From: Candidatus Marinacidobacterales bacterium
Lineage (GTDB): Bacteria > Acidobacteriota > Vicinamibacteria > Marinacidobacterales > DATDRI01
Length of the DNA: 64,000 nucleotides
Direction: 5' to 3'
Assembly: GCA_965219415.1 (NCBI GenBank)
Contig: CBDCNP010000002.1
Span: 3,776,001 to 3,840,000 of the forward strand
The notes under the pieces are model-generated. The model ran no database searches and was not told the origin of the DNA. It saw nothing but the letters and a program-made list of their open reading frames with translations. Of the stretch, positions 31,681 to 43,224 are shown one piece after another. The first letter of the stretch is position 1. Every line of letters starts with the position of its first letter. The position numbers and the translations under genes are program-made.

Positions 31681-31737
31681 GCCCTTCAAGGGTCCCGGCG
31701 CAAGCCGCTCCGTCGGCGGCGTCAGAAAAAAGGGATG

Positions 31738-31812
31738 TGGTAGCGCTACGGGGAATCGAACCCCGGTTTGATGGCTGAGAACCACCCGTCCTAACCCCTA
31801 GACGATAGCGCC
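31738..31812 (-). tRNA. tRNA-Glu(CTC)
   Basis: GGCGCTATCGTCTAGGGGTTAGGACGGGTGGTTCTCAGCCATCAAACCGGGGTTCGATTCCCCGTAGCGCTACCA. Confidence 0.95.
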
Positions 31813-31998
31813 ACCAAGAAGGCTCGGATGAGCCAAGCGAGGGCAGGCTAGCATAGGGAGCAGACACTGTCAAAGTAAGCGCATACGCAAGGTCTAGGTT
31901 GGTGAGGCCCCGGACCTATGCTAAAATAGCTTGTAAATCCTGACAATTAGTGGTTTTTTCCGTCCTCACCAGGCGGTTTTCGAGCGAGAAAACCGGCA

Positions 31999-34579
31999 AT
32001 GCTAGGCCGTCTTAAGAAGCGTATCGAAAACTTGATGGGGGACACCTCCGCGGTGACGGCGGAGCCCACCACGGAAGTCCCCGACCCCTCCTCAACACAC
32101 GGGTTCGTCAAAGCGTCTCGGCAGCGGCCCAAATGGCAGCCGGATCCCGAGGTGGCCGAAAAACTAGCCCGCCGGGAAGCTCAGCGACGGGAGGTGAGGC
32201 TCCTCCTAAAGGAAAGGATTCACAATCGCAGTGTCGTTCTAATGAGCGAGCTACGGAACCATCTCCTTTCAAAGATCCACAACTCCCTGGAGGAACATAG
32301 TGGTCCGAAAACACTCAAAGGCATTCTCGAGATCACTTTGGATCCGAACTTCATTCGAACGCTTGACAAGAAAATCGACGCTGTGGCGTTCAAGCTCATC
32401 GAAAGACTGAAGAGCGAGTTCCGAAAAGAAGAAGAAATTGATCCGCTGTTGCCGATGTCGAAGACTCTCGTCGGGGAGCTCAGGACATACCGAGACCAAA
32501 TTGTTCGGACTCACCTACTCGACCAAGTAGAGGTCTTCGCTTTGCCGCAACTAGGGGAGGTCTTTCCAGAAGGTGGGGCGTCACCCGAGCAGCTGAAGCT
32601 GGGTATCACAAACTATTGGAAGTCTTGCCACGATGCGGTCGACCTTTTTTCACGCCGTCGAGATGTCACTCCTGAACGGTACCAGAGAAGGTCTTCGAAT
32701 TGACGCCACCGTTGTCCGAGAACGACTCCTCGCCGCGCAGTATCGCAATGGCTATCGCGCTCTCGGAGTTCGCCTAATTGAGGAGTATTCGCAAGTAGCT
32801 CAGCTTCAAATGTCGAGAGGCAATCGCCTCGATAAAATGCGTCCCCAAATCGACCGCCAAGTCGTGGAGGGGATCATCGTTCCCCTGGCCTTCTTCATCC
32901 GCGACCGCGCAGAGCCGGAGCCCCTGGAAGCGCTGCAAAGTCGAGCCGAGCTCTTTCGTGACATCGTAGACAAGATGGCCACTAGCGGGGATCCCTTCAG
33001 CCGAACGGCGGAAGCCCTGAAGCCCCTCTTGAGAAGAAGCATTGAACAAACCCGCCCTCTCGTGCTGGAGGCCTTTTCCTACCTTGCCGCTCCCATCGAG
33101 AGTCTAAAACCAACGGAAGTGCATCGTGCGACGGCCCTCCTTCACATGTTCGAGACACTCCTGAGACCCGATCTCGATGAGAAGGCGCTCCAAGCGGTCG
33201 AGCCGAAGGAGTTCGCGGTTCTCGCGAAGTCCGTGACTCAGCAATTTCGACCGACCGGCATCGGGGCCTACGACCGTCAGCAATCCATCGGCGCCCATCC
33301 GGTGCCGGTCGATCTCCCGACCGGCCTCACCGCAATCGGCTACCACCCGCACAAAGAGAACCGCCTCGAACTCTTCAGGAAAGAAGTCCGGGAACTCATC
33401 GAGACGGGCACGGCGCCGGATCTCCGCAAGGCGCTCGACTATCTCCGGCGTTTTCGTCGAGCGGTCGAGGAGCAACGCGTCAAACGAGGCCTAGTGGACA
33501 CCGAGACATCGCCCTACGTCGGCGAGATTTGGTTGAAGGAGTCCGAAGACATGGTCGGCATTCTTTCTTACGATGGTCCAGGGTTCGGCGAAGTTCCCAT
33601 CGAGCAGATGGTTCGTAAGCCGACCGGGGGAAACCATGCCGAGGTAGAACAAGCGCTCCGCCGGCAGCTCACGAATCAGGCGCTGATCTATAAAGCCTTC
33701 CACAATCTGTTCGTCGGCGAAAAAGACGTCGCTCTCTCCCACCGTCGGACCCTTCCCACTTATCTCAAGACTACCTACGAGAAGATCGAACCGAAACGAA
33801 ACACGCTGCTCATACACCTCCGCAACGCGCGTCTGCTCCTCAGGCGCATGGAGGAGTTTGCGGCGATGATTCTGGAGTCTCACCCTTCTGCCAAGAACGA
33901 TACCGTCGTTCAAATACTTACCGGTCTCGGCCGTAAAGTAGATCAGTTCCTGGCGGGAGTGGACAAGTCCTCATCCTCGAAAGATCTTTCACGGTTCGCC
34001 CGAGAGCACGAGCTCGTACTCAAGTACTTGAACACTGCCATCCTGCAGTCCGTCAACCCCTGGCTCGAGCGTCAGACCAGTGAGCTCGCAACCGAGTTCG
34101 AGTTCCGCGAGGAAGAAGTGGTGGAAGCCATTCGAGTGGCGGCGTTGGCAAATAAGATGGACTGGGAAGGCGTCACCGAGTGTAGGGTCAATCCGATCCG
34201 AGGCACGTTGGGGTGTCGGGCACTACTCAAGCTCAGAGATGGCGCATCCAAAGTGGTTCTTTGCGAATTCGATCGACGTTACCAGCGTTGGAAGGTCATC
34301 CACTTCGCACCGCTCGTCATGGACGTGGTCCGCGAGGAATTGGTTCGCCTCGGTCGTATCCTGCCACAGAAGTTCGACGAGAAGTTCGAGCAGGCGACGT
34401 TCAGTCTCGACGAACCGGCTTGCCGTTTCATGTTGAGGAAAGACGGTGTCACCCGTGTTGAAGCTACCTTGATTCTTAGAGCCCACCCCACCGGTCACGA
34501 ATGGCAGGTGGTCTACCTCAAATGGGACGACGAGGTTCTCATTGATCGCGCCAATCCTCTCGCCGAGCAAACCGCCTAG
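31999..34579 (+). CDS. Large hypothetical protein (~860 aa), frameshift in a T run near 32650
   Basis: ORFs 31999..32703 and 32633..34579 overlap and read continuously; candidate TGnTAAAAT promoter near 31919. Confidence 0.75.
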
Positions 34580-34629
34580 GTTCTTTGTTTTTGATTGGTT
34601 GACCTCCCCTTTTCACCGTATGATGCGGG

Positions 34630-37270
34630 GTGTCCCATCAATCGCCTCCGGCTTCCCCTCTTGGACACAGCGGTAGGTTTCTCCTTCTCCTTGCCTTCTT
34701 CCTAAGCGGCACTGCGGCTTTAGTCTTCGAGCTCATTTGGACGCGGCTCCTTCTCCTCTCCCTCGGGGCTACGTCGGCGGCGGTGGGTGCCGTCCTCGGT
34801 GCCTTCATGGGCGGCATGGCGATCGGAAGCGCTCTCGCCGGACGCAGTCTCTTCCTCGCCGTGATCCCATCATCACTTTTGCCCTGCTAGAGGGGTGGGT
34901 GGGACTCTACGGACTCGCTTCGCCCTATATGCTCCGTCTGGTGGGTTTCGTGCCTGCCGGACTCCAGTTCCCGCTCGCTCTGATCTTGCTTCTACCGGCG
35001 ACGATCGCGATGGGTGCTTCGCTCCCCATCCTCTCTCGCGCCTTCGGGCAGCACAACGACTGGCCGGCAACGGAGGTCGGGCGTCTCTACGCGGTCAATA
35101 CCGCGGGTGCAGTCCTCGGCCCGTTACTCGCCGTCTTTGCGTTCTTTCCGTCGGTCGGTCTCACGAGCACTCTCCACCTCGCAGCAGCAGCCGATCTCTT
35201 TGTGTTCGTCGGCGTTTTCGTCGGACGGAAGGCCTTGTCGGGCCTGTCGGGACTGACCGCAGCGGCGCCGACCGAGATCCTACCCGAACGCAACCGACCG
35301 GCGTTCATCCTTCTCGCAGCGATGGCGGTCTCGGGAGCGTCCGCCATGGTTTACGAAGTCGCCTGGGCCCGAACGCTCTCTTTGGTCTACGGCTCATCGA
35401 TCTATGGTGTCTCCATCATGCTCTCTACCTTTCTCTTCGGGATCGCTAGCGGCTCTGGCCTCGCGTCTTTGTTGCTGAGGGGAAGAACAAAGCCGGTTCC
35501 CTATCGGGTCACCACGTGGCTCTTGGTCGGATCGGCGGTCGGCGCCTTCCTGAGCCTGCTAGTTACTCGCAACCTCCCATTCGTCTTTCTCAACCTGTAC
35601 CGTTCGGCGCCTGATCGAGATCTCACTCTCTTCGCGACGCAGTTCGTGGTCGCGGCGGCGCTGATGCTCCCGTCGACGCTGTGCCTAGGAGCGATGTTGC
35701 CTGCGGTGATCGGCGCTCTTCCGGCGTCCAAGAGTGACTTAGGCCGGCGCGTTTCCTGGCTCTACACCGCGAACCTCGTCGGCTCTGCGACCGGCGCTAT
35801 CCTAGCCGCCGGCGTGTTACTCGGAAGCTTCGGCATCGAGCTCTCGGTCCGGGTGGCGTCGGTTGCCGCGCTAGCCGTTGCGGCGTTGCTCGCGGTGAGC
35901 TCTGACGGAAGGCGCTCCACCGTGCCCCTGACGGTTTCGATGGCGGCGTGCCTGATCATTCTCTCATTCGATCCCACTGGGGAGCTTTTAATCAAGAGTT
36001 TCGGCCTCTACATTGAACCGAAAAACCCTTCGCGTGATGCCTCTTCCCTCCGTGAGCTGGTCAATTCGCACCGGCTCCTTTATTACCGTGACGGTCCTAC
36101 CGCTACGGTCGCGGTGCAGCAGGTGGACCGCTTCATGCTTCTCAAGATCAACGGCAAGACCGACGCCTCGAACGGTCCGGGGGACATCACCACCCAACTG
36201 TTGCTCGGACATCTCCCGTTCATGGTCTCCGACGCGAGTCGGATCGCTGTCATCGGTTGGGGAAGCGACATGACTGCGGGAGCCATCCTGACCCATCCCG
36301 TCGAGTCGGTAGATGCTTTCGAGATCGAGCCTGCGGTGATCGAGGCCTCCCGATACTTCGAACCCTCCAAATACTTCAAACCCGGCAACGGGCGACCGTT
36401 GGACGACGAACGCCTCAACTTGGTCATGGGAGATGCGCGCACTAGACTACAACGCTCTTCAATAGTCTACGATCTGATCGTCTCCGAGCCCTCGAATCCC
36501 TGGATCACAGGAGTTTCAAATCTTTTCACTCAGGATTTTTTCGAGATCGCTTCTTCCAATTTGAAACCCGACGGAATACTGTGCCAGTGGTTTCACCTCT
36601 ACGGCATGTCCGAAGAGTCCACGCGTTCGCTGCTGGCCACGTTTCGCAGCGTGTTTCCACACACTTTGGCTTTCAAGGATCGTGATCTCATCCTTCTCGG
36701 TTCCAAGAGTCCGATCCGCCTTTCTATGTCGCGCATACGTCGAATGCTCGCAGAGAGTGCTACTCGAAACAGTCTTTCGCGCGCTCAAATCGACTACCCA
36801 ACCGACGTGCTGGCGGCGCTCCGTCTCGACGCAGACGGAGTCGCGGAGTTCTCTCGGAATGCGCCCTTCAACACCGACGACAATATGCTGCTCGAGCTTT
36901 CAGCGCCGCGCAGTCTGTACCGCGATCGCAGCGAGGCCATTCGCGCAGAGTTGAACCGTTATCCGCCTTCCGCCATGGACGTCCTCACCGACCACGAATC
37001 AGAAGGTGACATCTTGCTCGAGCTGGCCGCCTCGTACTTCACCGATGGAAGGAAAGAGCAGGCACTCGAAGTGTGCGAACGCGCACTGGCGATTCACGAC
37101 TCCTTCGAAGGACAGAAGTTGCTGGGTCAGACGCTGCAAAGCATGGGGCGAACCGACGAGGCCCGACGCGACGGGCATTGCAGAAGGCCTTGCATCGCGA
37201 GGACGGCGACGCCCAGGGAAGGAAGTTCGTCCAAGCTCTCCTACGCTCGCTGGACACGACTTCCGATTAA
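34630..37270 (+). CDS. Fused membrane domain/spermidine synthase-like protein with C-terminal TPR, frameshifted
   Basis: FFLSGTAALVFELIWTR, LYAVNTAGAVLG, LKINGKTDAS, EIEPAV, GDAR, YDLIVSEPSNPW. Confidence 0.9.
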
Positions 37271-37299
37271 CATCGCTTCCAACTAACAACCGGCTTTAG

Positions 37300-38441
37300 G
37301 TGATGAGAGCTTCTTACTGGCTGATCGCACTGATGGTCTTGGTGCAGGGAGGTCAGGGTCTGACGGCGCGGGGCCAATGGATCTTCGACAGCAAGGGCCA
37401 ACCGCACGACTACTCTTGTGATGCGCTTCGCTTCGGCCTCCAGCCATCCGGACTCGCGTGGGATGGTGAGATCCTCTGGGCGGTGAGCGATCAGAGCTCG
37501 AGCTGTCCGGGATGTCTTTTTTCGCTCCGTCCGGGCTCGGGAGGATCCAGGCGAGATGCCCTTTTTCTAGACGATGATGGGATTCGGATCGTGTACCAAG
37601 GCCGGGAACTCGTCGTCGACGGCGAAGGGATCGCTCTGTTGAATAATTCAGCGGACGAGCTTGTCTTCGCGGTGGTGCTGGAGGAAGGCTACGAGAAGCA
37701 CATCGGCTGGGCAACCGACGAGCGAAGCCCCGGCGCGGCGTTGGTGATCCGCGTGAACCGTGAGTCGCGCGCCGCAACGGTGTACGCGGTATGGCGTTTC
37801 GAGCTTCCAGAAGGGAAGGCGGTCCGCCCCTACAAGGGGGACAGGAACCGACGGTTCGAAGGCATTGCCGTCGACCGGAGCTCCAGGCGAGGTTACTTGG
37901 CCTACGAGCAAGATGAAAACGGTTCCCCCTCGACTTTTCACTTTCGAGCTTCCCCCCTAGCCGGCCGACTCCGGGCACGGAGGAGATTTCGGTCTTGCTC
38001 GAAGCGGTGACTTTCAATGTCGATTCGGTGACTCGCGGAGCTCCAGGCGTTGCGATGAATTTCAACGACCTGGCTTTTCATTCTCCGAATCACCTTCTCG
38101 TTCTGTGTCGGGATCGCCAGTTACTACTAGTCCTGGAGCTCGTTGACCCAAAGACCGCTCAACTCTCCGCCCAAATACCCCTCGACCTGCGCTCTCCTTT
38201 GAACCAAGAGATCGTGTGGGGAAGTCCGGAGGGAGCCGCTATCGCCGAGGAAACGAACACTATCTTCATCGTTAGTGATCCGGATCCCAGGTGCGGCGGG
38301 AATTGGAAAGCGGCCACGGCGAGTGAACTCGACACGCGCCAACGCGTGGCTGAAGCGTACCTTTTTTCCCAGTTCGTGCCGCTTTTGTTCGAGCTCGAGC
38401 TATCTGCGATGGGCGAGGATTTCCCTGTAGAGGTCCAATAG
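37300..38441 (+). CDS. Secreted beta-propeller protein (esterase-like phytase/SdiA-regulated-like), frameshifted
   Basis: Signal peptide; QPSGLAW, WAVSD, DGEGIA, FEGIAVD, SPEG repeats. Confidence 0.6.
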
Positions 38442-39665
38442 ACTCCCGACTCTTTCCGACCAACTGAAGTCCGATTCTACGCGGAGCCTTCCCACCTTCC
38501 CGAACGAAGCCAATTCTTCCCCGAGAGACAGGGCACGAACCATTGCCTCCCCCAGCGCCTCTACCTCACCCGGAGGAACGAGAAACCCGCTCTTGCCTTC
38601 TTCGATCTTGTCCGGGATTCCACCGGCGGTGGTTGCCACGACCGGCTTTCCATGCGCCATGGCCTCGAGAGTCACCAAAGAGCTTCCCTCATAGAGTGTC
38701 GGATGGACGAAGAGGTCCGCACGCCCATAGAGGGCGGATAGCTCTTCATCGGAGACTCCTCCGGCGAAACGAGTGCGGTCGGTAAGTCCCGTTTTCTCGA
38801 TCCGCTCTCGTAAACTGGACTCGGTCGGGCCGGATCCGACTAGGACCCAGACCCAATCACTCGGAAGTCTCTCTCTGACTCGACCCAAGGCATCCGCCAG
38901 CACTGAGAAACCCTTGTAGGACTCGAGACGCCCAACTGAAAGCAAAACGGGCATGGAGGGTTCGAGACCCAGGCGTCGGTAAAGCGCTTCGGTCGCCTCG
39001 TGTGAAACCGGACGATCGATTTCCTCTAGGTCGATCGGCGTTGGCAGGATAGCAGCCTGAGCAGGCTCGATACCGAGGTACCGGCGAACTTCCTCCATCA
39101 TGACTTGGTCCGGTACGATGACTCTCTCGGCGCGGCGGGCCGCGTAGCGTCCACCCGCTCGCAATGGTAAATATCCGACTCGTTTCAGCCCCTGGGCCTT
39201 GAACTCTTCCATGCCCACCGGATGGACCACCATCGGCGGATCGTCCCTTGTTCGCGAGAGCGCATAGCCGAAACCGGCTGCTCCTTCCGCCTGAACGATG
39301 TCAGGCATCTCAGTGGGCCCGGCCATCATGCGGCGAGCCGCACGGACGCTCCAGGCGAGATAATTGGTGCTCCGATCCGCGATCACGAAACCAGATCGGC
39401 GAGGCCAAGGAACGATCCGGTAAGGTACGAAACGAACCCGCGCGCCCTCGAGAAGTTTTTCTCCTATAGAAGCCGCATCTGCGGGTGGAGCCGGGGGGCC
39501 AGCCGTCGAAGCCGGAGGATCAGCCGGCGGAGCCGGGGGTGACGTATAGAGCGTCACCTCGACCGCGTTGCGGACCAAGTGTCGCACCATCGCGCCCACG
39601 TGCCGCTCGAAACCTCCCACCCCGTGAAGAGGGTGAGCGACGCGGGAGATCACTGCAACTTTCAT
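38400..39665 (-). CDS. GT4 glycosyltransferase
   Basis: GGFERH, VGRLESYKG, EGSSLVTLEAMAHGKPVV. Confidence 0.93.
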   Translation of the reverse strand: MKVAVISRVAHPLHGVGGFERHVGAMVRHLVRNAVEVTLYTSPPAPPADPPASTAGPPAPPADAASIGEKLLEGARVRFVPYRIVPWPRRSGFVIADRSTNYLAWSVRAARRMMAGPTEMPDIVQAEGAAGFGYALSRTRDDPPMVVHPVGMEEFKAQGLKRVGYLPLRAGGRYAARRAERVIVPDQVMMEEVRRYLGIEPAQAAILPTPIDLEEIDRPVSHEATEALYRRLGLEPSMPVLLSVGRLESYKGFSVLADALGRVRERLPSDWVWVLVGSGPTESSLRERIEKTGLTDRTRFAGGVSDEELSALYGRADLFVHPTLYEGSSLVTLEAMAHGKPVVATTAGGIPDKIEEGKSGFLVPPGEVEALGEAMVRALSLGEELASFGKVGRLRVESDFSWSERVGSLLDLYREILAHRR

Positions 39666-40864
39666 CGTTCGTCGATTACCCGACGGTAGAGCTCCTCGAG
39701 GCGAGGGAGAACGACTTCCTTGGAGAACCGATCCCGCGCCCTTCTCGCGGCCCCTTCCTGCAAGCGTGAAGCGAGCCCGGGGTCGTCGAGAACGCGTTTG
39801 AGGGCGGCGGCCAATTCGGAAACCGTGCGGCCCAAGAGACCGCTTTCTTGGTCGACTACCATCTCGTGACTACCCCCGGTAGGCTGCACAATCAGAACTG
39901 CCCCCACGCCGAGGCCTTCCAGCAACACGCGCGAAAGAGGCTCCTCCCATCTGGACGGGAAAAGGACAGCGGAAGCCCGTTTCATGAGCAGAAGAGCCAT
40001 GTCCTCGCTCACCCAACCGAGCAGGTGCGCGTCGACTCCCAATCGCTTCGCTTCTTCACGCAAAGAGCGCTCCAGGCGACCGCTCCCGGCAATCAGGAAG
40101 GGCAAATTCACACCAGACTCGTGCATGATCGAGAGAGCACGATCCGGCGCTTTGTTCGGCTCCAGCTTGCCAATGAAAAGCACGAATTTCTCCGGAAGCA
40201 TGGGCGAGGATTTCGCGAGAGATTGCTCCATCGTTTCGAAGTCGACCACATTCGGCATCACGGAAGCGTTCGTTGATGGGAGCAACTTCTGCACATGATC
40301 GCTCACGGCAACGACCGCCGCCGCTTCTCGGAGGGTCTCCTGTCGCCGAGCGATCTCGGCACCCACTTTGAGAGGAAGCAAGGGTGCCACCGGCCAGAGA
40401 AGTGGATAGCGTCGTCCGACACAAACGACTCGCCGGGCGTAACTGCAACCCGGGCAGCGAACTTCACCCGAAAGCATCGTGGACCAAATGCACACCGGCC
40501 AGTAGTCGCGTACGGTGACAACGACGGGCAAACCGGTTTGGCGGCTAGCACGGATCGTGGCACCCGCGGAAAGCCAATGCTGCGCATGTGCTAGATCGAA
40601 CCGTTCATCCCATCCTTCCAAGAAGGAAGCTAAGTTCGCCTCCCGGCGGGAAGCACTCCCGAATGTTGCCGGTCCTACGCCGACCTCGATCACCTTCGTT
40701 CGTTCCCATTCTTTCTCTTCCTGTTTCGGACGATCCCATGGCTTGCTGACCACGACCGTCACATCATGTCCTCGGCGAGCAAGCGCCCGGGTCAGTACCG
40801 CTGTGGACTGACCGCTTCCTCCCGCTCCAGGAGGAAATGCGTCGGTTGTGATGAGGATCTTCAC
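39662..40864 (-). CDS. GT4 glycosyltransferase
   Basis: GTG start at 40864 (MKILITTDAFPPGAGG); FIGKLEPNK; EPLSRVLLE. Confidence 0.9.
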   Translation of the reverse strand: MKILITTDAFPPGAGGSGQSTAVLTRALARRGHDVTVVVSKPWDRPKQEEKEWERTKVIEVGVGPATFGSASRREANLASFLEGWDERFDLAHAQHWLSAGATIRASRQTGLPVVVTVRDYWPVCIWSTMLSGEVRCPGCSYARRVVCVGRRYPLLWPVAPLLPLKVGAEIARRQETLREAAAVVAVSDHVQKLLPSTNASVMPNVVDFETMEQSLAKSSPMLPEKFVLFIGKLEPNKAPDRALSIMHESGVNLPFLIAGSGRLERSLREEAKRLGVDAHLLGWVSEDMALLLMKRASAVLFPSRWEEPLSRVLLEGLGVGAVLIVQPTGGSHEMVVDQESGLLGRTVSELAAALKRVLDDPGLASRLQEGAARRARDRFSKEVVLPRLEELYRRVIDER

Positions 40865-42042
40865 GCTGCGGCACCCGCGGTGACTCCGGCAAGGACTCGT
40901 TCGAGCGCTTCGCAATGCACCTGCCAACTGAAGAGGGAAACGATCCGCTGCCGCGCCGACTGTCCCATAGCTCTGGCTCGCTCGGGAGAGCTCACCAATT
41001 CGCCGATCGCCTCGGCGAGCCGCTCGGTGTGGTTCTCCGGAAACAAAAGGCCTTCCAGCCCCGGCCGTACGATCTCTCGCAACGGCTCGATGTCGAGGGT
41101 TATCACCGGAAGCCCGCTCGCCATGTACTCGAATATCTTGAGCGGCGACCAGTAGAAACCGAGCTGCAGTTGTCCGTGAAGCGACGGTTGATAGGGAGCA
41201 ACGCCGATGTGGGCGCGTGCCAAATAGTGAGGCATCTCTTCGTACGGCACCGCGCCGGTGCAGTGAATACGAGACAACACCCCGAGCTCCTCGGCGTGCT
41301 GCTTCACCCTGGCAAGCATCGGCCCCTGGCCTATTAGTAGGAAGAACGCGTTGGGGGCGCGCTCGAGAACTCTCGCCGCAGCCCTTACCAAGAGCTCCGC
41401 TCCATGCCACGGACGAAAGCTACTCGAGAAGACGACTACGCTAGCGTCACCGGGGATAGGGAGCTCCCCTGACGAACCGGAGGCCGTCACACTGGGGTGG
41501 AAGACGTCTACGTTCGCTCCCCAATGAACGGGATGGACCTTTTCTCGAGGCACCGAGCGAGGGATAATCGTGGGAAGAGGAGTGACCAGCGCCGAAGCCT
41601 TTCGACAAAGATCTTCGCGCACGGCTTTCAAAGAACCGAAGAGCACGAATCGGTCGAGCCATGACTTGGCTGAGCCCGGGTGATCCACGGCCGGAGAGTT
41701 CACTTCGAGCACCGACGGCACGCCGCGGCGATATGCCGCGCGAACACCCTCGCCGCCGAAGTTATAATAGCGCTCCAAGACGACCTCGACCCCGAGTCTA
41801 TCGATCAGCTCTCCGACCGTTTTCTCCGCTGTCCAACGGAAGAAACGGTGAGGCAAGAACGGTCGCGCCGGATGAAGAGTGAACTCCGTTTCGGTACTAG
41901 GAGACGGTCCGTCACCCCTTCGAGCAACGACATGCACCTCGTGACCTCGGCTAGCCAGCCCGCGCGCTACCTCCAACACGTGGACCGATCCCCCCGTCGA
42001 TCCAGGAATCGTTTGGTCTGTGGCGACGTAGAGAAGTTTCAC
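40861..42042 (-). CDS. GT4 glycosyltransferase
   Basis: GGSVHV, FRPWHG, SPLKIFEYMASGLPV. Confidence 0.93.
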   Translation of the reverse strand: MKLLYVATDQTIPGSTGGSVHVLEVARGLASRGHEVHVVARRGDGPSPSTETEFTLHPARPFLPHRFFRWTAEKTVGELIDRLGVEVVLERYYNFGGEGVRAAYRRGVPSVLEVNSPAVDHPGSAKSWLDRFVLFGSLKAVREDLCRKASALVTPLPTIIPRSVPREKVHPVHWGANVDVFHPSVTASGSSGELPIPGDASVVVFSSSFRPWHGAELLVRAAARVLERAPNAFFLLIGQGPMLARVKQHAEELGVLSRIHCTGAVPYEEMPHYLARAHIGVAPYQPSLHGQLQLGFYWSPLKIFEYMASGLPVITLDIEPLREIVRPGLEGLLFPENHTERLAEAIGELVSSPERARAMGQSARQRIVSLFSWQVHCEALERVLAGVTAGAAA

Positions 42043-42054
42043 AATTTCACAATT

Positions 42055-43224
42055 TTACAGAGCACGGAGGAGCAGAAAAAACGGCCCGGTGCGGACGCGT
42101 CCGAAAAGAGCCACATCGAGGCGAAGAAGTGACGTAGCTAAGGCGAGAGGTGCGTGGGCCCACCGCCCCACGTTAGGCCGCTCCGCGCTCGGCTCGCTCG
42201 CGCTTTCGGATGACGATGCGTTCGCCTTCTGACCACGCCGCCACACGTTGTGTTCCACAAGCGGAAGGAAAAGATCCTCGATCACGGCCTTCATGACGAC
42301 GTTGTAGTAACGGATACTCTCGATACGAAACCCGGAGTCCGCCAGGATACTCTCGAGCTGCTCGTAGCTCTTGAGCGCGTTTACGTGGTCGGACTTGCGG
42401 TCGCGCTCTGGCTTATTGTCCACCAGCCCCTTCCCGTCGAGCCACGCGACGAGACGATTCACCCCGCGCTGAAACCCAGCCAGGCGCGAGCTCATCATGA
42501 CGTGAGAGTAGACGAAAAAGAGTCCTCCGGGACGTAGAATGCGACGCGTCTCGGCGAGCATGGCGCGCACGCCGTCTTCCGGTAAATGTTCCATCACGTC
42601 GAGCGAGTAGGCCTTGTCGAAGCTACCGGTGACGAATGGAAGGCGGCGAATGTCGCCACGCGTTAGATCGACCGTGGCGGCGGCCTCCGCGGCAAAGTGC
42701 TCTCCCGCATCGATCCCCACCATCTGCGCGCACCTCGCTCTCTTGAAGAATACGACGCGACCGTTCCCGCAACCGACATCGACCACGCGGTCTTTCGTCG
42801 AGAGCCCGAGCATGCGCGTCATCATATCCGTCTTGATGCGGGCAGAAAGAAAGAGCGGGCGCAGCGGCCCGGGACGATGATGAAACTCCTCTTCGGCATA
42901 CTGGGTGAGATCGGAAAAGGTCCCCTCGGGAGGTCGCATGTCGAGGAAGCCTTGTTCTTTCGAGAAGGAATACGAGGAGCCGCAACATGCGCAACGCGCG
43001 CCGCCCTCGTCGAGCGTCAGCCTCCTCTTGGACACCATGCCGTCGGGACATCTCCAGACCGCAGAGTAGTGCGCCAAGCATAGAGCGTGGTCAGGCCTTT
43101 CGAGGCCTCCCAAGGCCTCCACCGCCTCGCGGCACGAGCCTTCCATATCGGCTGATGTGGTGCGCGACGGCGCCTCGATGCAAACTGGGCACCGCGCCAA
43201 CGAGAGGAGGTATTCCGAGATCAC
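42055..43224 (-). CDS. Class I SAM-dependent methyltransferase with Cys-rich N-terminus
   Basis: VVDVGCGNG, GDIRRLPF, DVMEH, ILRPGG; N-terminal CPVC and CACC. Confidence 0.9.
   Translation of the reverse strand: MISEYLLSLARCPVCIEAPSRTTSADMEGSCREAVEALGGLERPDHALCLAHYSAVWRCPDGMVSKRRLTLDEGGARCACCGSSYSFSKEQGFLDMRPPEGTFSDLTQYAEEEFHHRPGPLRPLFLSARIKTDMMTRMLGLSTKDRVVDVGCGNGRVVFFKRARCAQMVGIDAGEHFAAEAAATVDLTRGDIRRLPFVTGSFDKAYSLDVMEHLPEDGVRAMLAETRRILRPGGLFFVYSHVMMSSRLAGFQRGVNRLVAWLDGKGLVDNKPERDRKSDHVNALKSYEQLESILADSGFRIESIRYYNVVMKAVIEDLFLPLVEHNVWRRGQKANASSSESASEPSAERPNVGRWAHAPLALATSLLRLDVALFGRVRTGPFFLLLRAL

Noticed and set aside
31738-31812. tRNA-Glu(CTC) as unusual
   Set aside because: This isoacceptor is common in high-GC bacteria.
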